32,000 nucleotides of DNA from Zygophlyctis sp. KS116. Taxonomy: Eukaryota; Fungi; Chytridiomycota. Made by a program: the position numbers and the translations under genes. The stretch's first letter is position 1. Each line of letters opens with the position of its first letter. The stretch covers positions 42,409 through 74,408 of the forward strand of contig BAAFSQ010000021.1 in NCBI GenBank assembly GCA_054661495.1. Reading direction: 5' to 3'. Shown here one piece after another: positions 14,207-25,356 of this stretch. The notes under the pieces are model-generated. The model was not told the origin of the DNA and searched no databases. It was given only the letters and a program-made list of their open reading frames with translations.

Positions 14207-16216
14207 ATGATTGTCGCAATCTTGTGCATTTTTCTGCAATTAGTATCGCCTTATCCATCAAAGAATCTTAATACTATGGCAAAGGATGGGGTTATAGAGA
14301 AATTGGCAAAAAGACCTAGGTTGGATTTACCAGTGATTTCAGCTGATAATGTTGGAAAAATTATGGCTTTTGCTGGGTTTTCATTTAAAAAAGCTTTTAA
14401 AGTTATTAGTGGGAAAGAGTTTGCGCCCGGTGAATCAATGATGCCTAGAAATTCTCATTTTTTTTCGGTTTTAAGATATCATGATGCAAAAAAGGATGAT
14501 AATTTTGCATTAAGGAATTGGTTTGATCTTGAGCCTTCAAAAGAGAAATTGGAGCAATTAAAATTTCTATTAGATAATCCTACAGTACACTTTTTTATTG
14601 AAAAAATGTATGTATTGGAACAAGCTTCTCAATTGGGAGATTTGCAAATCATTCAGAAACTATTAGAAAAGGGACTTGTGCCGAATTCAAAAGCAGTGAT
14701 TCAAGCTTCAAAATATGGGCATGATCATATTGTAAAGTTCTTTTGGAAGTATCCAGATTTGATAAAAGATAGACTATTAGAATTTGCAATGGAAAATGGA
14801 GATTTGAAGCTGGTAAAGGATATTATAGAAGATCAAAATTTACGAGGGGATCTTGATGATGTTGATTTGTTGGCGAATGCTTGTGAACAAGGAAGTTTGG
14901 AAATCGTAAAGTTTTTATACGAAGAAAAGGGATTCAGATTCAGACAATATTTTGTGGATGAATTTCTGATTGGAAGTACAATAGGAGGTGGAAATGTAGA
15001 GGTCTTAAAATATTTTTTGGATACTATCAATATATTGGATGTTTCTGACGCGGATATTAGATGGGAAATTCTTGATGAGGCTGCAGGTAGTGGAAATTCA
15101 AATATTTTAAGATTTTTATTTCAAGATGAAAGATTTAGTCTTGAAGCTAGTAGAACTACGGATTTGATCATGGAAGCAATTAATTGGACAAATTTAGACA
15201 TTTTAAAATTCTTGACGATTGAAAGAAATATTACTCTTCCAGAGAGTTTTGATCCTGTCTTGATTGCAAGAACTTTTGATACTGCTTGCTTTGTTGGAGA
15301 ATTGGAATTTGTGGAATATTTTGCCAATGAGTACCCGTATCTACGGGCTCGAAAAAATTCTGCATGGCTTGCTCTAAAGTATGCAGTCCGCTCTGGTAAT
15401 AGTCCAATGATGGAATATCTTTTTAGCAATTTTGATTTACAGGATAAAACTCTTGATTTTGAAGAGATTATTAGAATATCTAAAAAAAATGGTCATGGAT
15501 TGAAATCTTTACAGGAATATTTTAAATCAATTAATTTTCTATTTAATAAACTAGGAATTAATGGAAATACAGAGTTAATGAATCTTGCTATTTCAAACAA
15601 AAACACAAACCTGGCACGATATCTATTGCATGAATGGAAAGTAGTACCAAATCAAGAATCTATTGATCTCTCAATTTCTTCTACTAATTTGAATAATCGA
15701 GACTTTAGTCTGGTCAATTATCTGGTTGAAACGTATAATCTTTTACCAAATCCTCAAACACTTAATTGGTTAGTTTTTATTAATTCCTTGTCTCAATATG
15801 ATTATTTATTAAGGAAAGGAATGAAGCCACAAATAAGAGATTTAAATACTGCTATTTTTCTTCGACAAGATGCATTTATCAATTACTTTTTGGAGAATGG
15901 AGTGGTTCCAATCAAAACCAGTCTTGATATTGCCAGTTTTGAAGGAAATTTGAAGCTTGTAAAGTTATTTTGTGAAGACTTTGGCATCATGCCTGATGAA
16001 ATCACTTTTGAAGCAGCAGCTGTGGAGTTTGGTAATGAATTAAGCATAAGTCCCGAGCATCCAGAAGTAATACGTTATTTACAGTCATTGGCTGATTTAC
16101 CTGCAGATCAAGAAAGTTTGGAAGGGAGATTATACTCATTACTAAAGTCTAATTTCTATCAACAATTGCATGTGAATGCTGCGACTCTAGTAAAAGTTCA
16201 GTATGGATCAACATAG
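14207..16216 (+). CDS. Intronless ankyrin-repeat protein with predicted signal peptide, KRPR motif and F-box-like segment
   Basis: MIVAILCIFLQLVSP, AKRPRL, LPVISADNVGKIMAFAG, then repeats ASQLGDLQIIQKLL, ACEQGSLEIVKFL, ASFEGNLKLVKLF. Confidence 0.8.
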   Translation: MIVAILCIFLQLVSPYPSKNLNTMAKDGVIEKLAKRPRLDLPVISADNVGKIMAFAGFSFKKAFKVISGKEFAPGESMMPRNSHFFSVLRYHDAKKDDNFALRNWFDLEPSKEKLEQLKFLLDNPTVHFFIEKMYVLEQASQLGDLQIIQKLLEKGLVPNSKAVIQASKYGHDHIVKFFWKYPDLIKDRLLEFAMENGDLKLVKDIIEDQNLRGDLDDVDLLANACEQGSLEIVKFLYEEKGFRFRQYFVDEFLIGSTIGGGNVEVLKYFLDTINILDVSDADIRWEILDEAAGSGNSNILRFLFQDERFSLEASRTTDLIMEAINWTNLDILKFLTIERNITLPESFDPVLIARTFDTACFVGELEFVEYFANEYPYLRARKNSAWLALKYAVRSGNSPMMEYLFSNFDLQDKTLDFEEIIRISKKNGHGLKSLQEYFKSINFLFNKLGINGNTELMNLAISNKNTNLARYLLHEWKVVPNQESIDLSISSTNLNNRDFSLVNYLVETYNLLPNPQTLNWLVFINSLSQYDYLLRKGMKPQIRDLNTAIFLRQDAFINYFLENGVVPIKTSLDIASFEGNLKLVKLFCEDFGIMPDEITFEAAAVEFGNELSISPEHPEVIRYLQSLADLPADQESLEGRLYSLLKSNFYQQLHVNAATLVKVQYGST

Positions 16217-16242
16217 TTTTAAACCTAATAAAACCCTAAGAA

Positions 16243-17534
16243 ATGAATTTATTTCAATTCCTTCCAATTGCTCTTATTCAAGTGTTTTCCATGACTTTAA
16301 GCCCTATATCCTCTAATAGTCTTGTCACCAATGCAATTGTGGGAATTTTTTGGAGTTTGTCCCTAGAAAATGGAGAAATTACTACTTTTAATAGAAATTT
16401 CAGATCAAAACTTAAACTTGTTTTATTCAAAAATATTAGCAAAACATGGTTCATTTTTGCTAAAAATTTCTATAAATTCTCAATTCTGGCTATAATAGGA
16501 ATTTTTTTGCAAAGGCAAGTGTTTTTGTGGATCAAAACAATCTTTGCAAGTTTAATCACTATTTATGTCATGCAAATAATTAATTCAGATTTTTCAGAAT
16601 TGAAATTTAATAGTCCAAAGGAGGATTTAAGAAAATTTTCATGTCAAAAGATGGATGCCAAGGTTTTGTATACGCTAAATAATTTGCCAAAGAGTCATAT
16701 TAGAGAGTTATTTGTGGAAAAGGATCCTGATCCGACTCTATGGACAGTATTTTCAGAGATTTATGTCAATAGAATCAAGGATTTTATTCAAGGGACTAGT
16801 GGTCAGACTGTAAAAGTAATTGATAAAAAAGAATCTGGTTTTGCTCCTGGAAGAGCAGTATCTGGAGAAACTATGAGATCAAGGACAAATAATACTCTAA
16901 AGAGTAAATGGACAAAATTCTGGGAATTAATTTATGAAGAGGATAAAAAAACAGAAAATTTAGATCAAGGACAACAAGATTCAAGTTTTTCATTACCAGA
17001 TTTATTAAAGTCACGGAAAACTCAAGAATTGAAAGACTTGGAAAAGAAGGCTAAAATCAAGAAACTCTCATATTTTTCTTTTGAATCTATTTTCAATTCA
17101 TGGATTACTAGTCCTAAAAAAGAATTTGATGCTGTTTTATGGATTTCAAAAGACTTTGAGTCTCATGTATGGACTTTCTCAAGTATTTTTTTTCAAGTTT
17201 AATAGTAGCATTGTGTAATTGGGTTGTTGCAGCTACAAAGTTAGATAAATATGGTATTGTGGTGAGTCAATTACCCACTTTGTTGACAGTTATGATGGAT
17301 GCCCTTGAAGTTTTGGAAAAAATAGATACAGAACAAACTCAAGCAAAGAAAATAAAGTCTACTCACATTTCTAGTCTTATTGATGGTAAATATTTTGTAT
17401 TTTAATTTGGAAAAGTGATCAAAACCGGTGTTTACAATATTAGAATTGCATTAGGAGACGAAGCTCCTAGAATAGTCCGTGAATTATCAGGTTCTGCTTC
17501 ACGATTTGAAAAGTTTGTACTCTATTCAGAATAA
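16243..17534 (+). CDS. NDC1: Nucleoporin NDC1-like (short, divergent)
   Basis: Hydrophobic N-terminus. Introns 17183-17208 and 17386-17415 give WTFSTLCNWVVAATKLDKYGIVVSQLPTLL and IKTGVYNIRIALG...RFEKFV, matching NDC1 C-terminal motifs. Confidence 0.72.
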
Positions 17535-17617
17535 ATTTAAAAGTTTATTTCATTTTGTAGTGATTCGTATTCTTTATAAACTGGTTTTACATCTAGTTCT
17601 GGTTCTAAAAAACTATT

Positions 17618-18720
17618 TTAATTGCGTGACTTTTTCATTGGTCTTTGGGAACTACTCTTTGGCGAATGAGTTCTTTTCTTCTATTTTCTTTAGCAAATCA
17701 AATTACCGCTACAAGACCCTTTTTACCAACAGAACCTACTGATTCATCTCCAATAAAATGATCATCAGAAATTTCTCCTTTTTTAATTTTAACTACTTTC
17801 AAGTCATGTTCTAATTTTTCCAATTGTTTCTTCATTTCCAATATATCCTTTGCCTTTTCTCGTAATTCATCATATTTTGCCAAAATTGCGCTTGTTGCCA
17901 TTTTTGGCTTTATAGGAACTCCTGCTTCTTCTAAAAGTACATTTACTTTTGTTTGTAGTCCACTTTTTACTGGAATCATTTTTGTAGATCTAAGAGATAT
18001 ATTTGAAACTTTAACTCGAGTTAATATTTCATCCAAAGATTCTCTAGAACCTTCAATTGACGGCCTTTTCCTCTTAATTTCATAATCATCCTTGACACTA
18101 CTTTTCCTCTTCTTTTTATCTAATAAACTTGTTAATGTAGAAGGAGGAACTGAAGGTGGTTCTACTCTATGATCCTTTAAATGTGTAACAATTTCATCAT
18201 GTTCCTTTTCCCAAATTTCCTGATAGTATTGTCTTCTCTTAATTTCCTTGAACAAAATTTCCTCTTCCTTCAAGACTGATTCTGATCTAGAATATAATAT
18301 TTCTAAATTCCTTCTTCTTTCATTTTCTTTAAATTTATCATAATGATATTTCTGTAAAGACTCCTTGACTATTGGATCTGAAGATGAATGAGATTCTAAA
18401 ATTCTTTTCCTTTGAATTTGACAATACCTGTCCTTCAAGTCTGTTAAACTCCTATTAGACCCACTAAATTCAAATCTATCATGAATTATTGACCAACGAG
18501 CATCATATTCCAACACTAAATCCAAGAGATAATTAGTTTCTTCCAGACTCCAGTCTCCATCGGCAGTAGCAACGGGTTTAGATAATTTTGTATTAAAGAG
18601 AGAGAAATCCCCATCATTTCCTCTTGTCCAGTAAGAAATCCCATTTCTTTTTTTCAGTTCCCATTTTCTAGACTCTACTGATTTACTGAAATTTGGGACC
18701 AGCGGCGGCAGTGAAAACAT
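17618..18720 (-). CDS. SWC4: SWC4/EAF2/DMAP1 SANT-domain subunit of NuA4/SWR1
   Basis: WSLEETNYLLDLVLEYDARWSIIHDRF, RSLTDLKDRY, ENERRRNLEILYSR, ISLRSTKM, PKMAT. Intron 17681-17706. Confidence 0.88.
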
Positions 18721-18755
18721 TTTTATTTTTAAGATTTTCAAGATTTAGCTTTGAT

Positions 18756-18838
18756 GCTCTACTGCTCTTCAGGATCTACTGCTCTTCAGGATATACTGCT
18801 CAGCGGTCTTTAGGCTCTACTGCTATTAAAGCTATTAA
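18756..18838. repeat. Intergenic micro tandem repeats
   Basis: 17-nt unit TACTGCTCTTCAGGAT(C/A) x2.5 at 18760-18801, GCTCTACTGCT x2, GCTATTAAA x2. Confidence 0.85.
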
Positions 18839-18858
18839 ACTCTTAATGCTAATCCGCG

Positions 18859-19731
18859 TCAAGGCCCAGAGTAGAGAACTTTGGAAAATGATTGCGGTGA
18901 CTTTGTATCTAGTAAATCATTTGCCAAATCCCCCAAATCATCCAAAACATCTTGTGCTCTCATACATCTTTTTCTTCTTTTAAATGCAGACAAGGATGCA
19001 TTTCTTACTAGATTACACGCTTGTAAAGATTGTTCCAAAAAACATGATTCATCCTTTTCTTCCCATCCTATAAAAGTACCCAATGTTCCAGCTAAAATAT
19101 CTCCCAGACCTCCTACTCTACGTAATCCAGATTCACAATCACTTAAAAGTGTATTTTGACCATTACTAATCACATCTTCTTGTCCTTTACTAATAATTGT
19201 TAAATTTAGTTTTACAGCTAATTTTTCTACATTTCTTAAATGATCTTTTTCAAAGACTAGATTAAAAGATTCAAATAATCTTTGAAATTCACGAGCATTT
19301 GGAGTTAATATAGAATTTGAAAAATATTTAGGATATTTAGGTACTAGTAATAGAGCATCGGCATCTATAATTAGAGGAATTTTGTATTTTGAAGCTTGTT
19401 GAATGAATTTAAAAGCAGATTCCAACATTATAGGACAATTTGATAGGCCAGGTCCAATTACTAGAGCTGATAATCTTGAAAATATTCTAGGTAATTCAGT
19501 TAATACAGAATCATTATTAAGAATAGGAAATACAATTAGATCAGGAGAATAAGATTTAATCACTGGTGCAGCATCTTTATGAGTAAAAATATAAACTAGA
19601 TCAGATCCTACCAAAAGACTTGCCATTGCTGCAAAATAAGGAGCGCCAGTGTATTCTAAAGATCCACCAACTATTCCTATTCTTCCACATGCACCTTTAG
19701 TAAGAGATTTTGATAAAACAGGAACAATCAT
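18859..19731 (-). CDS. NAXD: ATP-dependent NAD(P)HX dehydratase (NAXD/CARKD/NNR2)
   Basis: KGACGRIGIVGGSLEYTGAPYFA, IKSYSPDLIV, LVIGPGL, IIDADAL, ILTPNAREF, RRVGGLGDILAG. Confidence 0.93.
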   Translation of the reverse strand: MIVPVLSKSLTKGACGRIGIVGGSLEYTGAPYFAAMASLLVGSDLVYIFTHKDAAPVIKSYSPDLIVFPILNNDSVLTELPRIFSRLSALVIGPGLSNCPIMLESAFKFIQQASKYKIPLIIDADALLLVPKYPKYFSNSILTPNAREFQRLFESFNLVFEKDHLRNVEKLAVKLNLTIISKGQEDVISNGQNTLLSDCESGLRRVGGLGDILAGTLGTFIGWEEKDESCFLEQSLQACNLVRNASLSAFKRRKRCMRAQDVLDDLGDLANDLLDTKSPQSFSKVLYSGP

Positions 19732-19755
19732 TCTTGGCCAGACCTTGAACTATTA

Positions 19756-20651
19756 ATGTGCATAATATTCTTTATTAAAGACACTCAACACTATAAATTC
19801 ATAGTTGCAGCCAACAGAGATGAATTTCTAGATAGACCAAGTCTTGAAGCAGATTTCTGGAAAGAGAATTCTAGTATTTTAGGAGGAATAGATCTTGGAT
19901 TTTCATCTAATGCATCTAATGCATCTAGTATAAAAGTATCCAATTTAGAAAAATATTATGGGACTTGGATGGGGATTTCTAAAAATTATAGATTTGCTTT
20001 TCTAACAAACAAGAGACAAGATCCAAAACTCATAAAACCAAACATGCGCTCAAGAGGATTACTAGTTAAAGATTTTTTACTCTCGAATACTGATCCAATC
20101 ACTTATTGTAATTCTATTATTCCTCAAAATTATAATGGATATTTTCTTGTTGTAGGGAATTTAAACGATGGAATGTATTTAACTACTAATGATCAAGATG
20201 ATTCTATTAAATTATATTCTCTAAATTCAAATAGAATATATGGTCTCTCTAATGGTCCATTTAAAACTGAAAATTCTAATTGGCCAAAAGTAGAAAAAGG
20301 AAAAAGATTGTTTAAACAAGCTATAGAAAATTTCAAGGATAGGGATGAATTAGTCTCTAATTTGTTTAGTATTTTAAAGTAATTTTTGGATTTTAATACT
20401 ATAGAGACTCTACTTTTCCAAAAAAAGAAGAATTACCAGATCCTATATATAATTCAAAAGTAGAATATGAATTATCATCAATTTGTGTTGATTGTATAAT
20501 AGATGGAAAGCTTTATGGTACAAGAACTCATACAGTCATTTTAGTAGATAAGCAAGATAATGTATATTTTGAAGAGATTGATAGATTTAAACCAAATTCT
20601 AATTCTACAAATATTGGGAAAAGTTTTGAATTTAAATTGGATCAGATTTAA
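19756..20651 (+). CDS. TANGO2: TANGO2/NRDE family protein
   Basis: MCIIF, AANRDEF..RP, GTWMG, SRGLLV, WPKVEKG. Intron 20379-20404, then YGTRTHTVILVD. Confidence 0.93.
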
Positions 20652-20652
20652 G

Positions 20653-21195
20653 ATGACGACGCTTCCAGATATTACAGAGTTGAATCAATTGTCTTTTGAG
20701 GAATTTAATAATGCTATTTCAGTACTATTTGAGCCTGTACAGCCTTTAGCAGAAGCACTTTATAGTCAACGTCCATTTTTAAATTACAAACAATTACTAG
20801 AGAATGCAAAACAAGTATTTTCTAAACTTTCAACGGAACAACGAATAATTCTTGTTAATGCTCATCCAAGACTTGGAGAGACAAAACTATCTGCAATGTC
20901 TGAAATGGAACAGTCTAAAATTAAAGGAAATGGAGTGGATGAGCAACTTGCTTTATTAAATACTCTATATCAAGATAAACATGGATTCAAGTTTATCACT
21001 TTTGTTAATGGGCGGTCAAGAAGAGATATTTTACCAGAAATTGAGTCACGGATGGGAAATAAGACTGAATTAGAACTAGAAAGAGGTGATTACAGATAGA
21101 TTTAAATCTTAGGACTTGATGCAATGATATCGATTGCTTTTGATCGTCTTGAAAAGATTAATTCCAAAATTCAAAATTCAAAATCTAAAATATAA
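20653..21195 (+). CDS. URAD: OHCU decarboxylase (URAD), C-terminal SKI
   Basis: LFEP, RPF, NAHPRLG, SEMEQS, YQDKHGFKFITFVNGR. Intron 21086-21112, then IAFDRL...SKSKI*. Confidence 0.88.
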
Positions 21196-21213
21196 CTTTG
21201 ACAATTGTATCTT

Positions 21214-22402
21214 TTATTGCAAGGATTTCTGATGTATGATAATCTGTCCTAGAAGCATTGCATTTACAAGATAAAATATACAACTAGACATCCACAAGTA
21301 ACGAAAAGTAGAAACTCCGTTAAATTCTAATTGATACGCAAAATATAACCAAAGTCCTTGAGATAGACCCCATAAAATAAGATAAAAAAGTCCTTTTCTC
21401 CAATGAGTCTTGGTTAAAGAGTTTACAGGTAAAATTATTGGTAAAAAAAATAAATACCACATAAAATACTGAGATGTCACGACCTTGTTTAACATTACAA
21501 AAGCAAAAGTCTGTGCAAAACATGCTAAAAACAGATTATTTGATAAATACCATCCGAGAAAAGAAACTAATCCTAGCTGTGGTAAAAAAGAACCTAGAGG
21601 TCCCAAAAGCCATTTAGATACAGACAAGTTACCATGATTAGAACATGACAAGTAGAGTGGATAAAAGTATAATGAAAAATTATGTCGATGATCCCTTCTA
21701 ATAACATGATATAAATATGTTTCATAAAGAAATTTATAGCCATATCTATAATTAGAAAATTTAAAACTGTTACATTGAATAAAACAATCCAGTTAATCCA
21801 AAAAAAACTCCTGCACTAATCAATCCAAAAACCACTCTATTCCAACTCCAAAAAGATTTTCTACTCATATTATTTTTCCTGAATGGAATGTTAAACCAAA
21901 TCGGAAGAGCATAAATAATTGGAAAAATCTTGAAATGTACACTTGTTCCAAACAAGAGCGCTGATAAGAAGCGTGAATTTAACCGTATCATTTCCAGTGT
22001 TGACAATACCAATAAACATACAATAGATTCTGCAGATCCTCTCATTGATATTACCGCTACAAAAGGATTCAATACCCAAAATCCCAAAATCCAATATTTC
22101 ATTTTCCCATTAACTAACCGAGTCATTAAAAGACCTGCGATCAAGTCACAGATCCCAAAAATCCATTTTCCAAAGCCAAGGAAAAGAAAATGATTGGGAA
22201 TATTTATAAACGCCAACAATGGAGTATATCTAAAAGTTGATCGATCATAAGGCGATTGCCCATTGGAAACTAAAAGAGCAGCATCACTAAAAACAGAATA
22301 ATCAATATCTGTAAATTTCAAATTTGTAGAATCTTGTATAATAGAATAAACATACAATACTATTCTTAAAATCAATCCAAGAGATAGTAGAACCTTGGTC
22401 AT
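21214..22402 (-). CDS. GPI14: GPI mannosyltransferase I PIG-M/GPI14
   Basis: KFTDIDYSVFSDAA, SPYDRSTFRYTPLLA, VHFKIFPIIY, YHVIRRDHRHNFS, NKVVTSQYFMWY. Intron 21746-21773. Confidence 0.95.
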
Positions 22403-22409
22403 TTTGACC

Positions 22410-23850
22410 CTATTCAGAAAACAGAAGAGCTTCATTCACCATAAATTCAAGTCTGTCCAGATCAATAATCACTGAAGCATCATCCCTATAAGATTTACCC
22501 CCTTCAAAATCCCATTGAAGATCTTTTTCGCTAAATAATTGATAGTACATTTTGTTAAAGTGAGGCCATAAATTCCAAAATGAAACTTCCATTGATGCAC
22601 TTTCTCCATTATCATACTGAAAAAAGAATTTCTTTTCGCCACCATAATAATCCATAATAATTGCAAAAGAATCAATTGCAATAAATGGTAAAATCATTGA
22701 CACTCCACCACTCGGAGTAAGAAATATTGTCGTGTCCAACATTTCCCGTAATTGTTCCTTGATTCCAAGTTTTGATAAATCTATGGCATCTACTTGAATC
22801 TGCTGAAATTTAGATTTTAAAAAATCAGTAACTTGTTCTATATTTGCAATTGATCTAAATTTTGTCCGACCATCTTTTGCAAGATTTTCAGAATTCTGTT
22901 TTAGATTGATTAAAATTCTATTTTTTTTAGGTTTTGAGTATGGATTTAGATTATAGTAAGATAATACTTGATTTCTGAATGTAAATAAAAGTGATTCTTT
23001 CCCTTCATTAAATGAATCTGTATAATCTAGAAAGAATCTAGTAAAACTAGGAACCAATAACCTTTTAAAACAAACAAAATCCTTTTTAAATCCATCCAAA
23101 TAATCCCAAGTATATTTTACAGTTTCATTAGTGATTACAGGTAGAAAATATGACATGAATTTCTCATACGCATGTTTACCTTGAGATTCCCTATAATCTG
23201 CAGCATCCATGACTACACTTGATGATCCATCCATACTAAACCTCTGAAGAGTAAGAAAAATTGCTCCTAATTCTTCCCAAACTAAATGACCAAAATTAAA
23301 ATCAGGCATATTATCTAGTTTTGAGTCTTTACTGCTTACGTGACCAATATACATGTAAATTAGATAATTCTACTACATTTCCCATTGTTGGATAATCACT
23401 AAATTCCACCACTGGAGAAAAATAATCTCTAAAAAAAAATAGAGGAGACATTGATATGAAATTATCACCAAAACCAAAAAGTGGTCCTACATTTTTATCA
23501 TAGAAAACTGGTCTTTTTGTAGGATTATAATAGATAATTTTCTTATCAGAGGCTCTATAGCATACATTTTTAAAAATACATCCTCTTCTATCATTTTCCA
23601 TGAATACATTTTGTTTCCCCAAACATTTATAAGAAGAGACTGGTTTTCTATACTGAGAATACAATAAATTATTTTGCCTGACATAAGTACTAAAGCTTTT
23701 TCCCTTGTTCTGTGGCTCTGGCTGTCTATTTTTAATAGACTTGTGTTGGTGAGTTTTGAATATTCTAGAAATTGTGAATATAGCAGAGAATATAATAAAT
23801 AGTTTAACTAAAAGCCGCTTTCTATGTAGCAGTTTTCTCTTGAAAATCAT
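22410..23850 (-). CDS. Type II membrane glycosyltransferase, GT61/DUF563-like
   Basis: Basic N-terminus plus TM, CIFKNVCY, NFGHLVWE, VCFKRLLV, RSIAN, EQL..M.DT.IFLTPSGG. Intron 23315-23339 joins the two ORFs. Start codon uncertain. Confidence 0.7.
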
Positions 23851-23908
23851 TATAATATCGGACATGTGTGCAAGCAGAGAAAAGAATCTTTTATCAAGTG
23901 ACATCAAC

Positions 23909-23916
23909 TGACGTCA
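23909..23916. promoter_or_regulatory. Perfect CRE/ATF palindrome TGACGTCA
   Basis: Lies in the divergent spacer, preceded by near-match TGACATCA at 23899-23906. Confidence 0.45.
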
Positions 23917-23937
23917 CTTTAGCAGCTCTAAAATTAA

Positions 23938-25084
23938 ATGGGAGAGATTGATGATATTCTAGAATCACATCCGCTTACAGAATCTAGCACTTTTAGTTGG
24001 ATTAGAACCAGTCATAAACAGTGCAGAGAAGCAGAATATAAACTGTTGGAGACTGTTTTAGACGTTCATTATCCAGCAATTGGAGTGAGAAAAGAGTCTG
24101 GCTCTAAAATTAAAGTCTCTATCGGTTGGGTTAAAGCAGGACAAGATAAATACATTAATACTCTTTGTAATAATGCTAATTCTGATAAAGTATTACTGAT
24201 AACTCATGGATACGGTGGTGGATTGGGAGTTTATTATAAGAATTATGCTCAGATTCTAAGTTTACAGGGATGGAGAGTATATTCTATAGATTGGATGGGA
24301 ATGGGGAATTCTAGTAGACCGGAATGGAATTTAAATAAGGATCTCTCTGAACAGGAATCTGTCTTTGAAGCTGAAAATTTCTTTATTGATGCCTTGGAAG
24401 ACTGGAGAATTGCTACTGGAATTAGTAAAATGACTATACTTGGTCATAGTTATGGTGGATATTTATCAGCCTGTATTTTTAAATTCTGAAAATATAGGTT
24501 ACGCTCTAAAATATCCAGAAAGAGTAGAAAAATTAATTCTGGCTTCTCCTGTGGGTGTTCCAAAAGCTCCTCAAGATCAAGAATCACGTTTAAGGAATAT
24601 GAAAGGAGTGTTGGTGTCACTTTTTGTTAGAGGTTGGAAACGTGGAATGACTCCATTTGATTTAATAAGATCTTTTGGACCTTTTGGGTCAATGTTTTTT
24701 AGATCTTATACTTCTAGAAGATTTAAGCATTTAGAAAAACAAGAATTGGAATTATTACATGATTATCTGTATCATATTTCTTGTCAACCAGGATCAGGAG
24801 AATATTCACTCTCTGCTATTTTACATGTAGGTGCATGGGCAAAATATTCTTTGCAAGAAAGAATTCATACTCTGAATATCCCTGTTAGTTTTATTTATGG
24901 ATCTCATGATTGGATGGATCATAATTGGGCTCTATTAGTTAAAAATAAGGAAAAAGATAAAGTAATACTTTTGGAAAATTCTGGGCATCATTTGTATATT
25001 GATCAGCCTGAATTGTTTAATATGGCAGTTTTAGGGGAATTGACAGACACTAGAGTACAACTTAAAGGAGTTCAGTATATTTGA
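23938..25084 (+). CDS. Alpha/beta hydrolase, ABHD4/ABHD5/CLD1-ICT1 family
   Basis: HGYGGG, IDWMGMGNSSRP, GHSYGG nucleophile elbow, YGSHDWMD, GHHLYID (HX4D). Intron 24473-24497. Confidence 0.9.
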
Positions 25085-25127
25085 AGGATTAGGAACTAGA
25101 TTAGAAAATAAATTCATTGGTTGATAA

Positions 25128-25356
25128 ATGGATGACATAGAACAAGATCGGCAGAGAAAGGTTGATGCAAAGTTTGGTCCTGGGTAAATCATAGATTTTT
25201 AAAAGGATTAGAGCTTATGAGCGAGCAAAAGCAAAGATTAAACCGCATCAGTGTGCACCAGAGTTACAATTGTTTTTGAAGGATTTGGTAGATTTTAAAG
25301 GCATAGACTCTTTCCAAAATTTCTTATCATGTGTATGGAATAATTCTAAGAAATGA
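25128..25356 (+). CDS. Putative 68-aa small protein (two exons)
   Basis: ATG 25128 and a 22-nt GT-AG intron at 25184-25205 give [68 protein letters not shown]. It fills an otherwise oversized gap. Confidence 0.55.

Noticed and set aside
14052-15429. Antisense ORFs 14052-14261, 14833-15030, 15121-15429 (and similar ones at 1139, 6234, 8365, 10419, 18693, 18881, 21930, 29721)
   Set aside because: Shadow frames opposite real genes, with no motifs.
20560-20652. Upstream in-frame ATG extending URAD
   Set aside because: It lies inside the TANGO2 last exon, and family similarity begins at MTTLP (20653).
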